From the NCBI GenBank assembly GCA_046757565.1, contig JBHHYN010000003.1:4009-68008 (forward strand): DNA of 64,000 nucleotides, given 5' to 3'. Numbering within the stretch: position 1 is the stretch's first letter; every line of letters begins with the position of its first letter. This DNA is from Gammaproteobacteria bacterium. Lineage in GTDB: Bacteria > Pseudomonadota > Gammaproteobacteria > Eutrophobiales > Eutrophobiaceae. The notes below the pieces were generated by a model. That model saw nothing but the letters and a program-made list of their open reading frames with translations, had not been told where the DNA came from and did not search any database. The translations under genes were made by a program, and so were the position numbers. Positions 9,918-19,261 of the stretch are shown one piece after another.

Positions 9918-10841
9918 ATGTGGACCACAACGCTGTTCCCTGTTAGCGCGATTGCCGTCGCTATTCTCTCTTTTCTTCAGCCGCATATTTTATCTCCCTA
10001 CGGGAGCGCCATTATCCCGCTTCTGGGGGTGGTGATGCTCGGTATGGGCATGACATTGCGGCCGGAAAATTTTTTACAGATCTGCGCCCGGCCAAAGTTG
10101 ATCGCACTCGGTGTCTCCTTGCAGTTTCTGGTCATGCCCCTGATCGCCTATGTGGTGGGTATTGTACTCGGCCTGCAGGAAGCCTTGCTGGTAGGGCTTG
10201 TGCTGGTTGGTTCCTGTCCCGGTGGCACGGCCTCCAATGTGATTTGCTATCTGGCCCGCGGCGATGTCGCCTTATCGATTACGCTCACCACCACCTCCAC
10301 CATCCTTGCCGTGCTGTTTACTCCGTTGCTGACCTGGTTCTATATCGGTGAGCGCGTCCCCGTGCCGGTGCTGGAGATGATGCTTAATATCTTTCTGATC
10401 ATCCTGTTGCCGGTGACAACCGGCGTGCTGGTCAATCACTATCTTGGCCGCCATCTGGGCATCGTGAAGCGGATATTTCCCACTATCTCGGTATTCGCCA
10501 TTATTCTCATCATTGGCATTATCGTAGCCTTGAATAAGGCGCAAATCCTGATGGTCGCCTGGCCGGTCCTGGCTGCGGTATTCTGGCACAACATCCTGGG
10601 GCTGGCGTGCGGCTATCTGTTGGCGAGACTGTTCCGCCTGGACGGGAAAATTTGCCGGACCCTGGCCATCGAGGTAGGCATGCAGAACTCCGGCCTCGGT
10701 GTGGCCCTGGCCCATGGCTACTTCGCTGCCATGACCATGGCGACCCTGCCCGGCGCCATATTCAGTATCTGGCATAACATCAGCGGGTCGCTTCTGGCGG
10801 GTTATTGGTCACGAAAACCGGCAAACGGACCGGCTGCGTAG
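9918..10841 (+). CDS. Bile acid:sodium symporter (BASS) family transporter
   Basis: 307 aa polytopic protein with BASS family motifs (LGVVMLGMGMTL, GSCPGGTASNV). Confidence 0.8.
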   Translation: MWTTTLFPVSAIAVAILSFLQPHILSPYGSAIIPLLGVVMLGMGMTLRPENFLQICARPKLIALGVSLQFLVMPLIAYVVGIVLGLQEALLVGLVLVGSCPGGTASNVICYLARGDVALSITLTTTSTILAVLFTPLLTWFYIGERVPVPVLEMMLNIFLIILLPVTTGVLVNHYLGRHLGIVKRIFPTISVFAIILIIGIIVALNKAQILMVAWPVLAAVFWHNILGLACGYLLARLFRLDGKICRTLAIEVGMQNSGLGVALAHGYFAAMTMATLPGAIFSIWHNISGSLLAGYWSRKPANGPAA

Positions 10842-10848
10842 CGTTCCA

Positions 10849-11430
10849 TTAACGATTTATCTCCAGCACACGCTGCTCGGTGACCAGTATATCCATGGCG
10901 ATGTCCGTTTCATCGGCCGGGAGGTCACCAATGAGTTGGCACTCGTAGGCAATGCCGATCTTGCAAGCGACCGGATTTTCCGCAAACCATGTATCGTAAT
11001 AACCCCGTCCAAATCCAAGCCTTTGACCACAAGGGCTGAAGCCGAGGCCTGGTGTAATGCAGACATCGATTTGCCCCTGCACAGGCTCGGATGAGTTTGG
11101 GGTCAAGATCCCCAATTGTCCCGGCGCAAGCTCTTCCCAGGAGGTGAATGCCACAGCGATCATGGTGCGGGAGTCGATGATCTTCGGAACGGCAAGTTGC
11201 TTCCCCTGTTGCAGAAGGGTTTCGACGATACCATGGCTGTCGACTTCCGTGCCGCTGGAAAGAAAACAGAAAAGGGACCGGGCCGCGCTGACCGGGGAGA
11301 GAGCAAGCAGCTTCTTCCGGATTGCCTGGTCCAGGCGTTGCCGGGTTTCGCCCATAACGGTTTGCCGTACCCGTTTCAGCCGGTTTCGAAGTTCCGCTTT
11401 TTGGTCAGTCAACGAGGCCATGTGAATCAT
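10849..11430 (-). CDS. ygfA: 5-formyltetrahydrofolate cyclo-ligase
   Basis: 193 aa with MTHFS family motifs (CFLSSGTEVD; GLGFSPCGQRLGFGRGYYD). Confidence 0.85.
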   Translation of the reverse strand: MIHMASLTDQKAELRNRLKRVRQTVMGETRQRLDQAIRKKLLALSPVSAARSLFCFLSSGTEVDSHGIVETLLQQGKQLAVPKIIDSRTMIAVAFTSWEELAPGQLGILTPNSSEPVQGQIDVCITPGLGFSPCGQRLGFGRGYYDTWFAENPVACKIGIAYECQLIGDLPADETDIAMDILVTEQRVLEINR

Positions 11431-11460
11431 GCATTAACCATAGAGGGACAGAGACAATAA

Positions 11461-11626
11461 AAGTTAAAAATGAATGGTACTTACTTAAGCTTGTGAATTA
11501 TAAATACCCTCTTTTCGTCGTCTCCGCGAAAGCGGAGATCCAGTGGATAAAGTACATTTTGTTTAACTGGGTTCCCGCCTTCGCGGGAACGACGGGCTAA
11601 GTAAGTGCCATTCAAGTTAAAAATAA
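11461..11626. mobile_element. MITE-like element with an 11-bp flanking direct repeat (AAGTTAAAAAT) and ~19-bp terminal inverted repeats (GAATGGTACTTACTTAAGC / GCTAAGTAAGTGCCATTC), plus nested internal hairpins
   Basis: Seen directly in the sequence. Both flanking direct repeats are perfect 11-mers, the terminal inverted repeats match at 17 of 19 positions, and there are internal subterminal inverted repeats (CGTCGTCTCCGCGAAAGCGGAGA versus TTCCCGCCTTCGCGGGAACGACG). The alternative is a structured ncRNA such as 6S RNA, since ssrS lies upstream of ygfA in many gammaproteobacteria. Confidence 0.5.
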
Positions 11627-12050
11627 CTAATGGAAATCACGGTGACTTGCTCCCGGGTCGGAGTGCGATTATAGATGTGGATATCCATTATACTGAAACC
11701 CGGTCGCTTGCGGCCGGGTTGCTCATAACATTATAATGTATCAGATAGTGCTTGAAATAACAAATAGATATATTAAATATATAATGTAAATAATCATAAA
11801 GAATCTCTGCCTGCTGCAGCCAGAATAACATACTGCAAGTTTGTCCCGCCTTTCACTATCCCTTTCCTCAATGGCTGTTGCAGAGTTGCCGGTGTGAGGT
11901 TATCGGATGGTTTCGATGACGGGCCATGCAGTGCAGCAGGTTTTCGTCCTTCCTTTTTGTGGTATATAACGTACAATATCGACCTTTTTTTGTGGCGGAT
12001 TGTGTGTTCCCATACGATTCAGCCATACTTAACTGAGGTGAACTAGTCAG

Positions 12051-12308
12051 ATGGTAACAATCCGCTTGGCACGTGCCGGCACCAAGAAACGGCCTTTTTA
12101 TCACATTGTGGTAACCGATTCCCGTAACCGGCGTGATGGACGCTACATGGAGCGTGTTGGTTTCTTTAATCCCGTTGCCCTTGGCCAGGAAGTGGAGTTG
12201 AAGATTGATCACCAGCGGGTTGACTACTGGTTGTCGCAAGGGGCCAAGACCTCTGCTCGTGTAGCCAGTCTTATCAAGCAGGATACCCCGGAACAGTCAG
12301 CAGCCTGA
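12051..12308 (+). CDS. rpsP: 30S ribosomal protein S16
   Basis: [21 protein letters not shown] is the canonical S16 N-terminus. Confidence 0.95.
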   Translation: MVTIRLARAGTKKRPFYHIVVTDSRNRRDGRYMERVGFFNPVALGQEVELKIDHQRVDYWLSQGAKTSARVASLIKQDTPEQSAA

Positions 12309-12336
12309 GCTGCCCTGGGGAGTTCCCCACACCTTT

Positions 12337-12894
12337 GTGGGGAGAGAACCTTCAACTGCAGTCATTAGTATTGTGTCGACCGAGACTAAGGACCGCCGCC
12401 ACGTCATCCTGGGCCGGATCAATGGACTCTCCGGTGTGCGCGGCAGAGTGAAGGTATTCTCCTATACCAGACCACGGGAACAGATTTTTTCCTATAATCC
12501 CTGGTTGATAAAGTTTGATTCAGGCTGGGTTGAACGCAATGTCCAGGCAGGCGCGTCACGTGGAAGAGGTCTTTCTGTCTTGATTGAAGGAATTCATGAC
12601 AGAGAGGAGGCGGGGGCGTTAATTGGGAGTGACATTGCAGTCTACAGGAAGCAGTTGGCGCCATTGCCTGACGGGGAATTTTATTGGTGCGATCTGATTC
12701 GCTTGCAAGTGTTTGATCAGAAGGGCGATCTCCTGGGGAAGATCGTGGCAATACAGGAGACGGGCGCCAATGATGTATTGGTTGTGCAGGGTAAGCAGCG
12801 GCTGTTTATTCCTCTATTGATCGGCAGCGTGATCAAAGAGGTCGATCTGGATAAGGGACGGGTCCAGTTGGATTGGGATCCCGGGTTCAACTAA
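12337..12894 (+). CDS. rimM: Ribosome maturation factor RimM
   Basis: RimM motifs (ILGRINGLSGVRGRVKV; PRC barrel) and the conserved rpsP-rimM-trmD-rplS operon order. The true start may be the in-frame GTG near 12375. Confidence 0.85.
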   Translation: MGREPSTAVISIVSTETKDRRHVILGRINGLSGVRGRVKVFSYTRPREQIFSYNPWLIKFDSGWVERNVQAGASRGRGLSVLIEGIHDREEAGALIGSDIAVYRKQLAPLPDGEFYWCDLIRLQVFDQKGDLLGKIVAIQETGANDVLVVQGKQRLFIPLLIGSVIKEVDLDKGRVQLDWDPGFN

Positions 12895-13650
12895 ATGTTG
12901 CGTATCGCCATTGTGTCCCTGTTTCCACGGATGTTTGATGCCGTAACGGCCTATGGCGTGACCGGACGGGCAGTGGACAGGGGCTTGTTGGAACTCTGCA
13001 TCTTCAACCCCAGGGATTACACCAACGATGCTCACAGGAGCGTGGATGACCGGCCATACGGTGGTGGCCCCGGCATGGTCATGAGGTTCGGGCCACTGTG
13101 TGACGCAATCCGTGCCGCGCGTGAGCAACTGCAGAGTGCGAAAGTTATCTATTTATCGCCACAGGGACGCAGGCTCACGCAGCGGGATATCATGGCGCTG
13201 ACCGGCGGCAAAGAAATAATCCTGCTCGCCGGCCGCTACGAAGGGATTGATGAACGTCTTATCACCACTGAGGTGACTGAAGAATGGTCCATCGGCGATT
13301 ATGTCCTCAGTGGCGGCGAACTTCCGGCGATGGTGGTTATCGATGCCATGACCCGGCTCCTCCCGGGGGTACTGGGAGATGATGAGTCCGCCAGGCAGGA
13401 TTCTTTTTTTAACGGCTTGTTGGACCATCCGCATTATACGCGTCCGGAGCAGGTTGATGAGATGCAGGTGCCGGCAGTATTGTTAAGTGGCGATCACGCG
13501 GCGATCCAACGCTGGCGGTTAAAACAGGGTCTTGGCCGGACCTGGCAAAGGCGCCCCGATCTGCTGGAGGCAATGGAACTCGATGAGGAACAGAAGTCAT
13601 TGCTGGAGGAATTTATCCGGGAACAGGCGCAGCAGACCAGGAAGCACTGA
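12895..13650 (+). CDS. trmD: tRNA (guanine37-N1)-methyltransferase TrmD
   Basis: TrmD family motifs ([24 protein letters not shown]). Its start abuts the rimM stop. Confidence 0.95.
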   Translation: MLRIAIVSLFPRMFDAVTAYGVTGRAVDRGLLELCIFNPRDYTNDAHRSVDDRPYGGGPGMVMRFGPLCDAIRAAREQLQSAKVIYLSPQGRRLTQRDIMALTGGKEIILLAGRYEGIDERLITTEVTEEWSIGDYVLSGGELPAMVVIDAMTRLLPGVLGDDESARQDSFFNGLLDHPHYTRPEQVDEMQVPAVLLSGDHAAIQRWRLKQGLGRTWQRRPDLLEAMELDEEQKSLLEEFIREQAQQTRKH

Positions 13651-13702
13651 TTTGTGCGAAGGTTCCACTGAATCATGAATGTCAACTACTGGAGTCAGGA
13701 TA

Positions 13703-14065
13703 ATGACAAACATCATTGAGCAACTTGAGGCGGAGCAGATGACCCGTGAGATACCGGATTTCAGCAGCGGCGACACGGTCGTGGTTCAGGTCCGGGTGAA
13801 GGAGGGTCAGCGCGAGCGTACCCAGGCCTTCGAGGGTGTGGTTATCGCCAGGAAGAACCGGGGTCTCAACTCCTCCTTCACCGTGCGCAAAATCTCCTAT
13901 GGGGAGGGGGTTGAGCGTGTATTCCAGACCTACAGTCCCGCCATTGCAAGCATCACCCTGAAACGCCGTGGAGATGTCCGACAGGCGAAACTCTATTACA
14001 TGCGTGCCAGACGCGGCAAGGCAGCGAGGATAAAAGAGAAGATTAAAAAATCATCCGCCTCCTGA
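13703..14065 (+). CDS. rplS: 50S ribosomal protein L19
   Basis: [13 protein letters not shown]... is the L19 family N-terminus. The ATG at 13703 has a GGAG SD; the ORF-track start at 13679 looks like an over-extension. Confidence 0.9.
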   Translation: MTNIIEQLEAEQMTREIPDFSSGDTVVVQVRVKEGQRERTQAFEGVVIARKNRGLNSSFTVRKISYGEGVERVFQTYSPAIASITLKRRGDVRQAKLYYMRARRGKAARIKEKIKKSSAS

Positions 14066-14163
14066 GTAAATTGCCGCACACTGCGGTATCGGCGCCTGAA
14101 TGAACAGTATCCCCGTAGCGCACTTTTAGCGTATGATTTATGCACTAATCGTGTATCAATCGA

Positions 14164-14667
14164 ATGCCTGGTCAATATCATCATCGTTATGATGTTGTGT
14201 ACCGTTCACCCTTAGCCTGCCTGGGTCTGAAGATGGATGGCGCCTGTCTCACTGCACTGGATTGGTTGCCTGCTTCCAGTACAGAATTGCCTGCCCAATC
14301 CGGCCCGGCCCAAAGTGTTTGCGAGACACTGGATGCCTATTTTGAATCTGCTACAGCCGTGCAGGACCATGACTGCCTGTTTTCCCTTCGTGGCACTGAA
14401 TTCCAGCGGCGAGTCTGGCAGGCACTGCAGCGCATCCCTGTTGGTCTGGTGATGACCTATGGTGAACTTGCCCGGAAATTGAACACCGGCAGCCGCGCCG
14501 TCGGACAGGCGTGCCGCAGCAATCCCGTAGCGGTCCTGATCCCTTGCCACCGGGTTATTGCGGCGAATGGGTTAGGGGGCTATATGGGGGACAAACGGCA
14601 ACTGCGGATAAAACAGTGGTTGCTAACGCATGAAGGAGTGGAGTGGCAGACGAAAACGAGACATTAG
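14164..14667 (+). CDS. ogt: Methylated-DNA-[protein]-cysteine S-methyltransferase (Ogt/MGMT)
   Basis: Active-site PCHRVI motif and HTH (TYGELARKL). Confidence 0.85.
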   Translation: MPGQYHHRYDVVYRSPLACLGLKMDGACLTALDWLPASSTELPAQSGPAQSVCETLDAYFESATAVQDHDCLFSLRGTEFQRRVWQALQRIPVGLVMTYGELARKLNTGSRAVGQACRSNPVAVLIPCHRVIAANGLGGYMGDKRQLRIKQWLLTHEGVEWQTKTRH

Positions 14668-15551
14668 ATCCGGCACAGGCCATTATCGATGATTTTCTGG
14701 ATACGCTGTGGATGGAGCGTGGTCTTAGCGAGAATACCCTGAAGGCTTACCGCAGTGATCAGTATGCATTTGCTGAATGGCTAATGCACAGGAACCGGCA
14801 ACTTCTCCAGACCCAATCCGCAGATCTGCTCGCCTATCTGGCTCAGCAGGGAATGAATTCAGCCAGGACCTCCGCAAGGCGTCTATCCAGTTTGCGCAGG
14901 CTATTCCAGTATCTACTCAGGGAGGGACGTATACATCATGACCCTACGGTTAATATTGAATCGCCCCGGTTAGGCCGGCCGCTACCCAAGTCTCTGACTG
15001 AATCCGAAGTGGAACAACTGCTGCAGGCGCCGGATGTTGAAACGGATAGGGGCCTGCGTGACCGGGCCATGTTGGAAGTCCTGTATGCTACAGGTCTGCG
15101 CGTATCCGAACTGGTTGGTTTGCGCCTGGAGCATATTAATTTACGCCAGGGGGTAGTCAGGGTTACAGGCAAAGGTAACAAGGAGCGTCTGGTGCCACTA
15201 GGTGAAGAAGCCATTGACTGGTTGCAGCGATATCTGCATGAAGCCCGCGGCTCATTCTTTAAAGGCTTGCCGGATGCCAGCCTGTTTCCATCGATACGGG
15301 GCAAGTGCATGACGCGCCAGACCTTCTGGTATGCCATCAAACGTTATGCCCTGAAGGCAGGTATCCGGAAACCGTTATCGCCGCATGTGTTGCGCCACGC
15401 CTTTGCCACCCATCTGCTCAATCATGGGGCCGATCTCAGGGTGGTGCAGATGCTGTTGGGGCATAGCGATATTTCAACTACTCAAATCTATACCCATGTC
15501 GCCCGCGAACGCCTGAAGGCCTTGCATGCGGCACACCATCCCAGGGCCTGA
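14643..15551 (+). CDS. xerD: Site-specific tyrosine recombinase XerD
   Basis: Catalytic R..HxxR..Y residues (LRHAFATHLL, GHSDISTTQIYTHV) and an XerD-type N-terminus. Confidence 0.9.
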   Translation: MADENETLDPAQAIIDDFLDTLWMERGLSENTLKAYRSDQYAFAEWLMHRNRQLLQTQSADLLAYLAQQGMNSARTSARRLSSLRRLFQYLLREGRIHHDPTVNIESPRLGRPLPKSLTESEVEQLLQAPDVETDRGLRDRAMLEVLYATGLRVSELVGLRLEHINLRQGVVRVTGKGNKERLVPLGEEAIDWLQRYLHEARGSFFKGLPDASLFPSIRGKCMTRQTFWYAIKRYALKAGIRKPLSPHVLRHAFATHLLNHGADLRVVQMLLGHSDISTTQIYTHVARERLKALHAAHHPRA

Positions 15552-15612
15552 GAAAGTGGAAAGTGGAAAGTGAAAAGTGGAAAGTGGAAAGTGGAAAGTG
15601 GAAAGTGGAAAG
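15552..15612. repeat. Tandem heptanucleotide repeat (GAAAGTG), about 8.7 units, in the convergent xerD/gspE-like intergenic gap
   Basis: Seen directly: GAAAGTG x3, AAAAGTG, GAAAGTG x4, GAAAG, starting immediately after the xerD stop codon. Confidence 0.9.
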
Positions 15613-15644
15613 AAAAAGAAGTGTGGTGTTAATAGATTTTCTTT

Positions 15645-17594
15645 CTACTTTTCATTCTCGGCGTTCTCCTGGGACACAACTGCATAAATTTCTTCCAGGG
15701 TGGTTAACCCTTCCGCGATTTTATAGGCGCCACTGATCGTTAGAGGACGCATCCCCTGTTTGGCTGCCATGTCATAGTATTTTCCAACGTCCGATGTGGT
15801 ATTAATCAGCTCGCGGACCGCCGCATCCACCGTCAGGGCTTCATAGATGCCAATGCGCCCCAGGTAGCCTGTATGCCGGCATTCATCGCATCCAACAGGG
15901 GCGTAGGCGGATTTTGGAAGACGCGCCTTGGCCGGGGCCAGCAGCTTGTCCCACGCCTTACGATCAATTTCCGTCGCCTGTTTACAATGTGGACATAAGG
16001 TGCGAATCAGGCGTTGTGCCAGGATGCCGAGTAACGTCGCACCAATCAAGTAGGGTTGCGCACCGATATCCAGCAGCCGGGTTATGGTGGAGGGGGCGTC
16101 ATTGGTGTGCAGGCTGGAGAGTACAAGATGGCCGGTAAGCGCCGCCTGGATCGCGACGTCGGCCGTTTCCCTGTCCCGGATCTCGCCCACCATGATGACA
16201 TCCGGGTCTTGTCTGAGCAAGGTCCTGACCCCCGTGGCAAAGTCCAGGCCGATGTTGGGTTGTACCTGCATCTGGTTGAATTGCGGTTCCACCAACTCAA
16301 TGGGGTCTTCCACCGTACAGATGTTAAGTTCCGGCCTGGCGATCTGTTTCAATCCGGAATAGAGCGTAGTGGTTTTTCCGGAACCCGTCGGGCCGGTCAC
16401 CAGAATAATGCCGTGGGGATTCGCGATCATCTCCTGCCAGCAAGACTGTTCATATCTGGTGAAGCCCAATTCGGGGAAACTCTTCATGAGCATTTCCGGA
16501 TCGAATATCCGTAATACCAGCTTTTCACCAAATGTGGTGGGCATGGTCGACAGCCGCATCTCTACTTCATTGCCTGCGGGTGTCTTGGTCTTTACCCTGC
16601 CGTCCTGGGGGCGGCGCCTGTCGGTGACGTCCATGCGGGCCAGGGATTTGAGGCGGCTGGTAATGGCGCCCATCAGTATGATCGGAAATTCATGCACGAA
16701 GTGCAGGACGCCGTCTATACGAAAACGGACGTTGCCCTTTTCCCGGCGGGGTTCCAGGTGGATATCGCTGGCCCTTTGCTCAAAGGCAAATTGCAACAAC
16801 CAGTCAACCAGACTGACGACGTGGCGGTCATTGGCATCCGGTTCGCCGACCTTACCTACTTCTATGAGTTGTTCGAAATTCTGGAGATTGCTGAGGGCGT
16901 GGGTGGAACTGTCCGAGGCAGCGCCGAGCATGGATCGGCTGATACCGTAAAATTCAATCAGATAACGGTCGATGTCCCTGGGGTTGACGATGACCCGCCT
17001 GATTTTTAATTTGGTAATACGGGACAGGTCATTTTCCCAGTGGCTGATAAAGGGTTCGCAGGTGGCCACAGTCAACTCCTTATCGGTCACGCCAACCGGC
17101 AGGATCTTGATGTTGGTTGCATAGGCTTGCGAGACGATATTGGTGATTTTATTGACGTCAATCTTGAGCGGGTCGATGCGTAAATACTCCTGCCCGCATT
17201 TACCGGCGAGCCATCGGGTCAACTGTTCCAATGTCAGCGGATAGGCGGGTTCTGTAATAGTTTGCCAGCCCTGATCGGCGATCATCACCAATGGGTGGTT
17301 GCCGGACCTGGCCTCTTCGGTCAGACGAGAGGTGAGTTGCATGATCTGCCCGGTGCTGATGATGCCGTCCAGCTGTAACTGTCCGAGCAGGAAATCGAGT
17401 GTCAGTTTTTCCCCCTCGGGCCTGTTGACTGCCGTGTTCACGCCGGCGTCAGCCCGGACCTGCTTGGAAGATAACTCCTCATAGCCGGGGAATATACCAT
17501 AATTAACCCCGTCATTGAGACGGGACGCCCTGTAAGCATGATTTTTTGATTCAGGGTTTATGCATGCATGAGGGAACAGACAACAACACTGCAA
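15645..17594 (-). CDS. GspE/PilB/MshE-family secretion ATPase with an N-terminal T2SSE_N (MshEN-like) domain; orphan, with no cognate secretion-system genes in the window
   Basis: Walker A VTGPTGSGKTTT, Asp box, Walker B DPDVIMVGEIRD, His box and a C-terminal tetra-Cys motif (CPHCKQ...CDECRHTGY). The N-terminus carries an MshEN-like segment, LDFLLGQLQLDGIISTGQIMQL. The only upstream start is a TTG at 17594 with a poor SD, so the 5' end is uncertain. Confidence 0.8.
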   Translation of the reverse strand: MQCCCLFPHACINPESKNHAYRASRLNDGVNYGIFPGYEELSSKQVRADAGVNTAVNRPEGEKLTLDFLLGQLQLDGIISTGQIMQLTSRLTEEARSGNHPLVMIADQGWQTITEPAYPLTLEQLTRWLAGKCGQEYLRIDPLKIDVNKITNIVSQAYATNIKILPVGVTDKELTVATCEPFISHWENDLSRITKLKIRRVIVNPRDIDRYLIEFYGISRSMLGAASDSSTHALSNLQNFEQLIEVGKVGEPDANDRHVVSLVDWLLQFAFEQRASDIHLEPRREKGNVRFRIDGVLHFVHEFPIILMGAITSRLKSLARMDVTDRRRPQDGRVKTKTPAGNEVEMRLSTMPTTFGEKLVLRIFDPEMLMKSFPELGFTRYEQSCWQEMIANPHGIILVTGPTGSGKTTTLYSGLKQIARPELNICTVEDPIELVEPQFNQMQVQPNIGLDFATGVRTLLRQDPDVIMVGEIRDRETADVAIQAALTGHLVLSSLHTNDAPSTITRLLDIGAQPYLIGATLLGILAQRLIRTLCPHCKQATEIDRKAWDKLLAPAKARLPKSAYAPVGCDECRHTGYLGRIGIYEALTVDAAVRELINTTSDVGKYYDMAAKQGMRPLTISGAYKIAEGLTTLEEIYAVVSQENAENEK

Positions 17595-17670
17595 GTCTGA
17601 TATGATAGTTCAGCGGATGGTAGCGGATTATCCGTCTACCTGGTTTACAACTCTTGCCTTGTGGTGATAG

Positions 17671-18396
17671 ATGATGAGATGGATACTGTTTTTGTTATTT
17701 TCATCGGTGCTGGTTCCCCTGTATGCGGAATCGACGGCGCCTGAGCAGCCGGTTACAGAAACTATCACCACTGCATTGAAGGGGGTATTTCCCGATCTGG
17801 AGGTTACCCGAATCAGGAAATCCCGGATAGATGGCCTGTATGAAGTCATGCTTGGACCGGAAGTGATCTATGTTTCGGGCGATGGCCGCTTTCTCTTCCA
17901 GGGGAATCTGCTGGACCTGCAGCAACACCGTAACCTGAGCGAAGAACAACGCAAGAATGCCCGCGTGGATCTGTTACGGAATATCCCGAAGAATGAGTTC
18001 ATTGAATTTGCCCCGGAACACGTCAAACATACGATTTATGTCTTTACGGACATAACGTGTCCTTACTGCCAACGACTGCACAAGGACATGCCAACATTGA
18101 ATAAACTTGGCATCGCCGTGCGTTATCTGGCCTTTCCCAGGGCCGGTGTACCCTCAAGGACCTACGAAGATATGGAGTCGGTCTGGTGCGCTGCGGATCG
18201 GAACAAGGCGTTAACCGATGCCAAGCTGGGGAAAAAAGTAAAATCCAAACAGTGCAATAACCCGGTCGCCCATCAATTTGCCCTCGGTCAGGCCATGGGG
18301 GTGCGCGGTACGCCGGCAATCTACCTGGAGAACGGTCGGGAATTACCGGGATATATGCCGCCCAAAGCGATAGCACAGGCGATTCAACAGGAGTGA
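17671..18396 (+). CDS. dsbC: Thiol:disulfide interchange protein DsbC
   Basis: Signal peptide, dimerisation N-domain and a thioredoxin CPYC active site, next to xerD as in enterobacteria. Confidence 0.85.
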   Translation: MMRWILFLLFSSVLVPLYAESTAPEQPVTETITTALKGVFPDLEVTRIRKSRIDGLYEVMLGPEVIYVSGDGRFLFQGNLLDLQQHRNLSEEQRKNARVDLLRNIPKNEFIEFAPEHVKHTIYVFTDITCPYCQRLHKDMPTLNKLGIAVRYLAFPRAGVPSRTYEDMESVWCAADRNKALTDAKLGKKVKSKQCNNPVAHQFALGQAMGVRGTPAIYLENGRELPGYMPPKAIAQAIQQE

Positions 18397-18450
18397 CCGG
18401 GAGGATTCGGGATAATCGTGGCGCAGAAAATCTGCATGTGTGTACAGGAT

Positions 18451-19176
18451 TTAGCGATGAATACCTGAAAAGGATTCGAGGATTGCAACGGTTTTTCTTC
18501 CGTCCTTGCTGATATTTTCCACTCTGACCGGTAAATAACCCAGTTCACGGGCGCACCAGAAGGTCGTTTTGTGCTTGCTGTTTTTCCTGATGCGTTTCAG
18601 TTTCACCGTAGCGAATTCGCCCAGTGGCGTCTTGACAGGCTCTTCACCCAGGATGTCGAAATTGTAAATCTTGATTTTTCCTCCATCTGCAATCGTGTAA
18701 CTGAACTGCTCTTTACCGCTATCCAGATCGTGCATGATGGCAAGTTGATAGAGTAGCTTATCCATCACGGCAGGCTGTATGGGCATTCGCCATGCAGCGC
18801 CGTTCACGGAATTCGTGATTTGCCCGCTTGCCCAGTCGAATTGTACAGTGACGTCGCGATCCTTTTTACCGCCGCTGCGCAGGTAGCTGTAACGCAGAGG
18901 TTTTAATTGATCTTCATCCATAAACCAGGTGCTTTGCTCCTCGATATGGTCATTTCGCAAAAGCGATACCAGACCTGTTGTATTCGTTTCGGAATGGTAA
19001 AGATAGGTTCCATCCTGTAGCCGGGAAACGCTGCGTTTCATTTTAGCGAATGTGTAGCCCCTGCTATGCAGTGAATAACTGGCTTCAAATGGATCAGGAA
19101 AACTATCTGCCGCGGCAACCAGGCCGGAAAGGAACAGGCAGCTAGCCAGGATAATCGGTTTAATATAGAAGGACAT
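18451..19176 (-). CDS. DUF3108-family secreted protein
   Basis: Signal peptide (MSFYIKPIILASCLFLSGLVAAA) and DUF3108-like beta-rich sequence. The longer ORF-track start at 19209 is probably an over-extension. Confidence 0.6.
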   Translation of the reverse strand: MSFYIKPIILASCLFLSGLVAAADSFPDPFEASYSLHSRGYTFAKMKRSVSRLQDGTYLYHSETNTTGLVSLLRNDHIEEQSTWFMDEDQLKPLRYSYLRSGGKKDRDVTVQFDWASGQITNSVNGAAWRMPIQPAVMDKLLYQLAIMHDLDSGKEQFSYTIADGGKIKIYNFDILGEEPVKTPLGEFATVKLKRIRKNSKHKTTFWCARELGYLPVRVENISKDGRKTVAILESFSGIHR

Positions 19177-19261
19177 AATACATTCTATGTGGTAACTGTA
19201 TGTTAACATTCAGGATCTGATCGTTAATGCTCGAATATTTTCCGGAAACAAGCAAACGGCA

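Noticed and set aside
11431-11800. 6S RNA (ssrS) directly upstream of ygfA, as in the E. coli ssrS-ygfA operon
   Set aside because: This is plausible by synteny, but the 11461-11626 element shows perfect 11-bp flanking direct repeats plus terminal inverted repeats, which fits a MITE better than 6S. No convincing 6S central-bubble architecture could be recognised by eye. It is kept as the alternative hypothesis in the findings.
11868-12239. 123-codon minus-strand ORF spanning the rpsP leader and start
   Set aside because: It overlaps the highly conserved rpsP start in antisense and has no SD or family signal, so it is probably spurious.
15645-17594. Assigning the orphan ATPase specifically as PilB, GspE or MshE
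   Set aside because: The family-level features are clear, but subtype assignment needs phylogeny and gene context (a secretin, platform protein and pilins), which are absent from this window.
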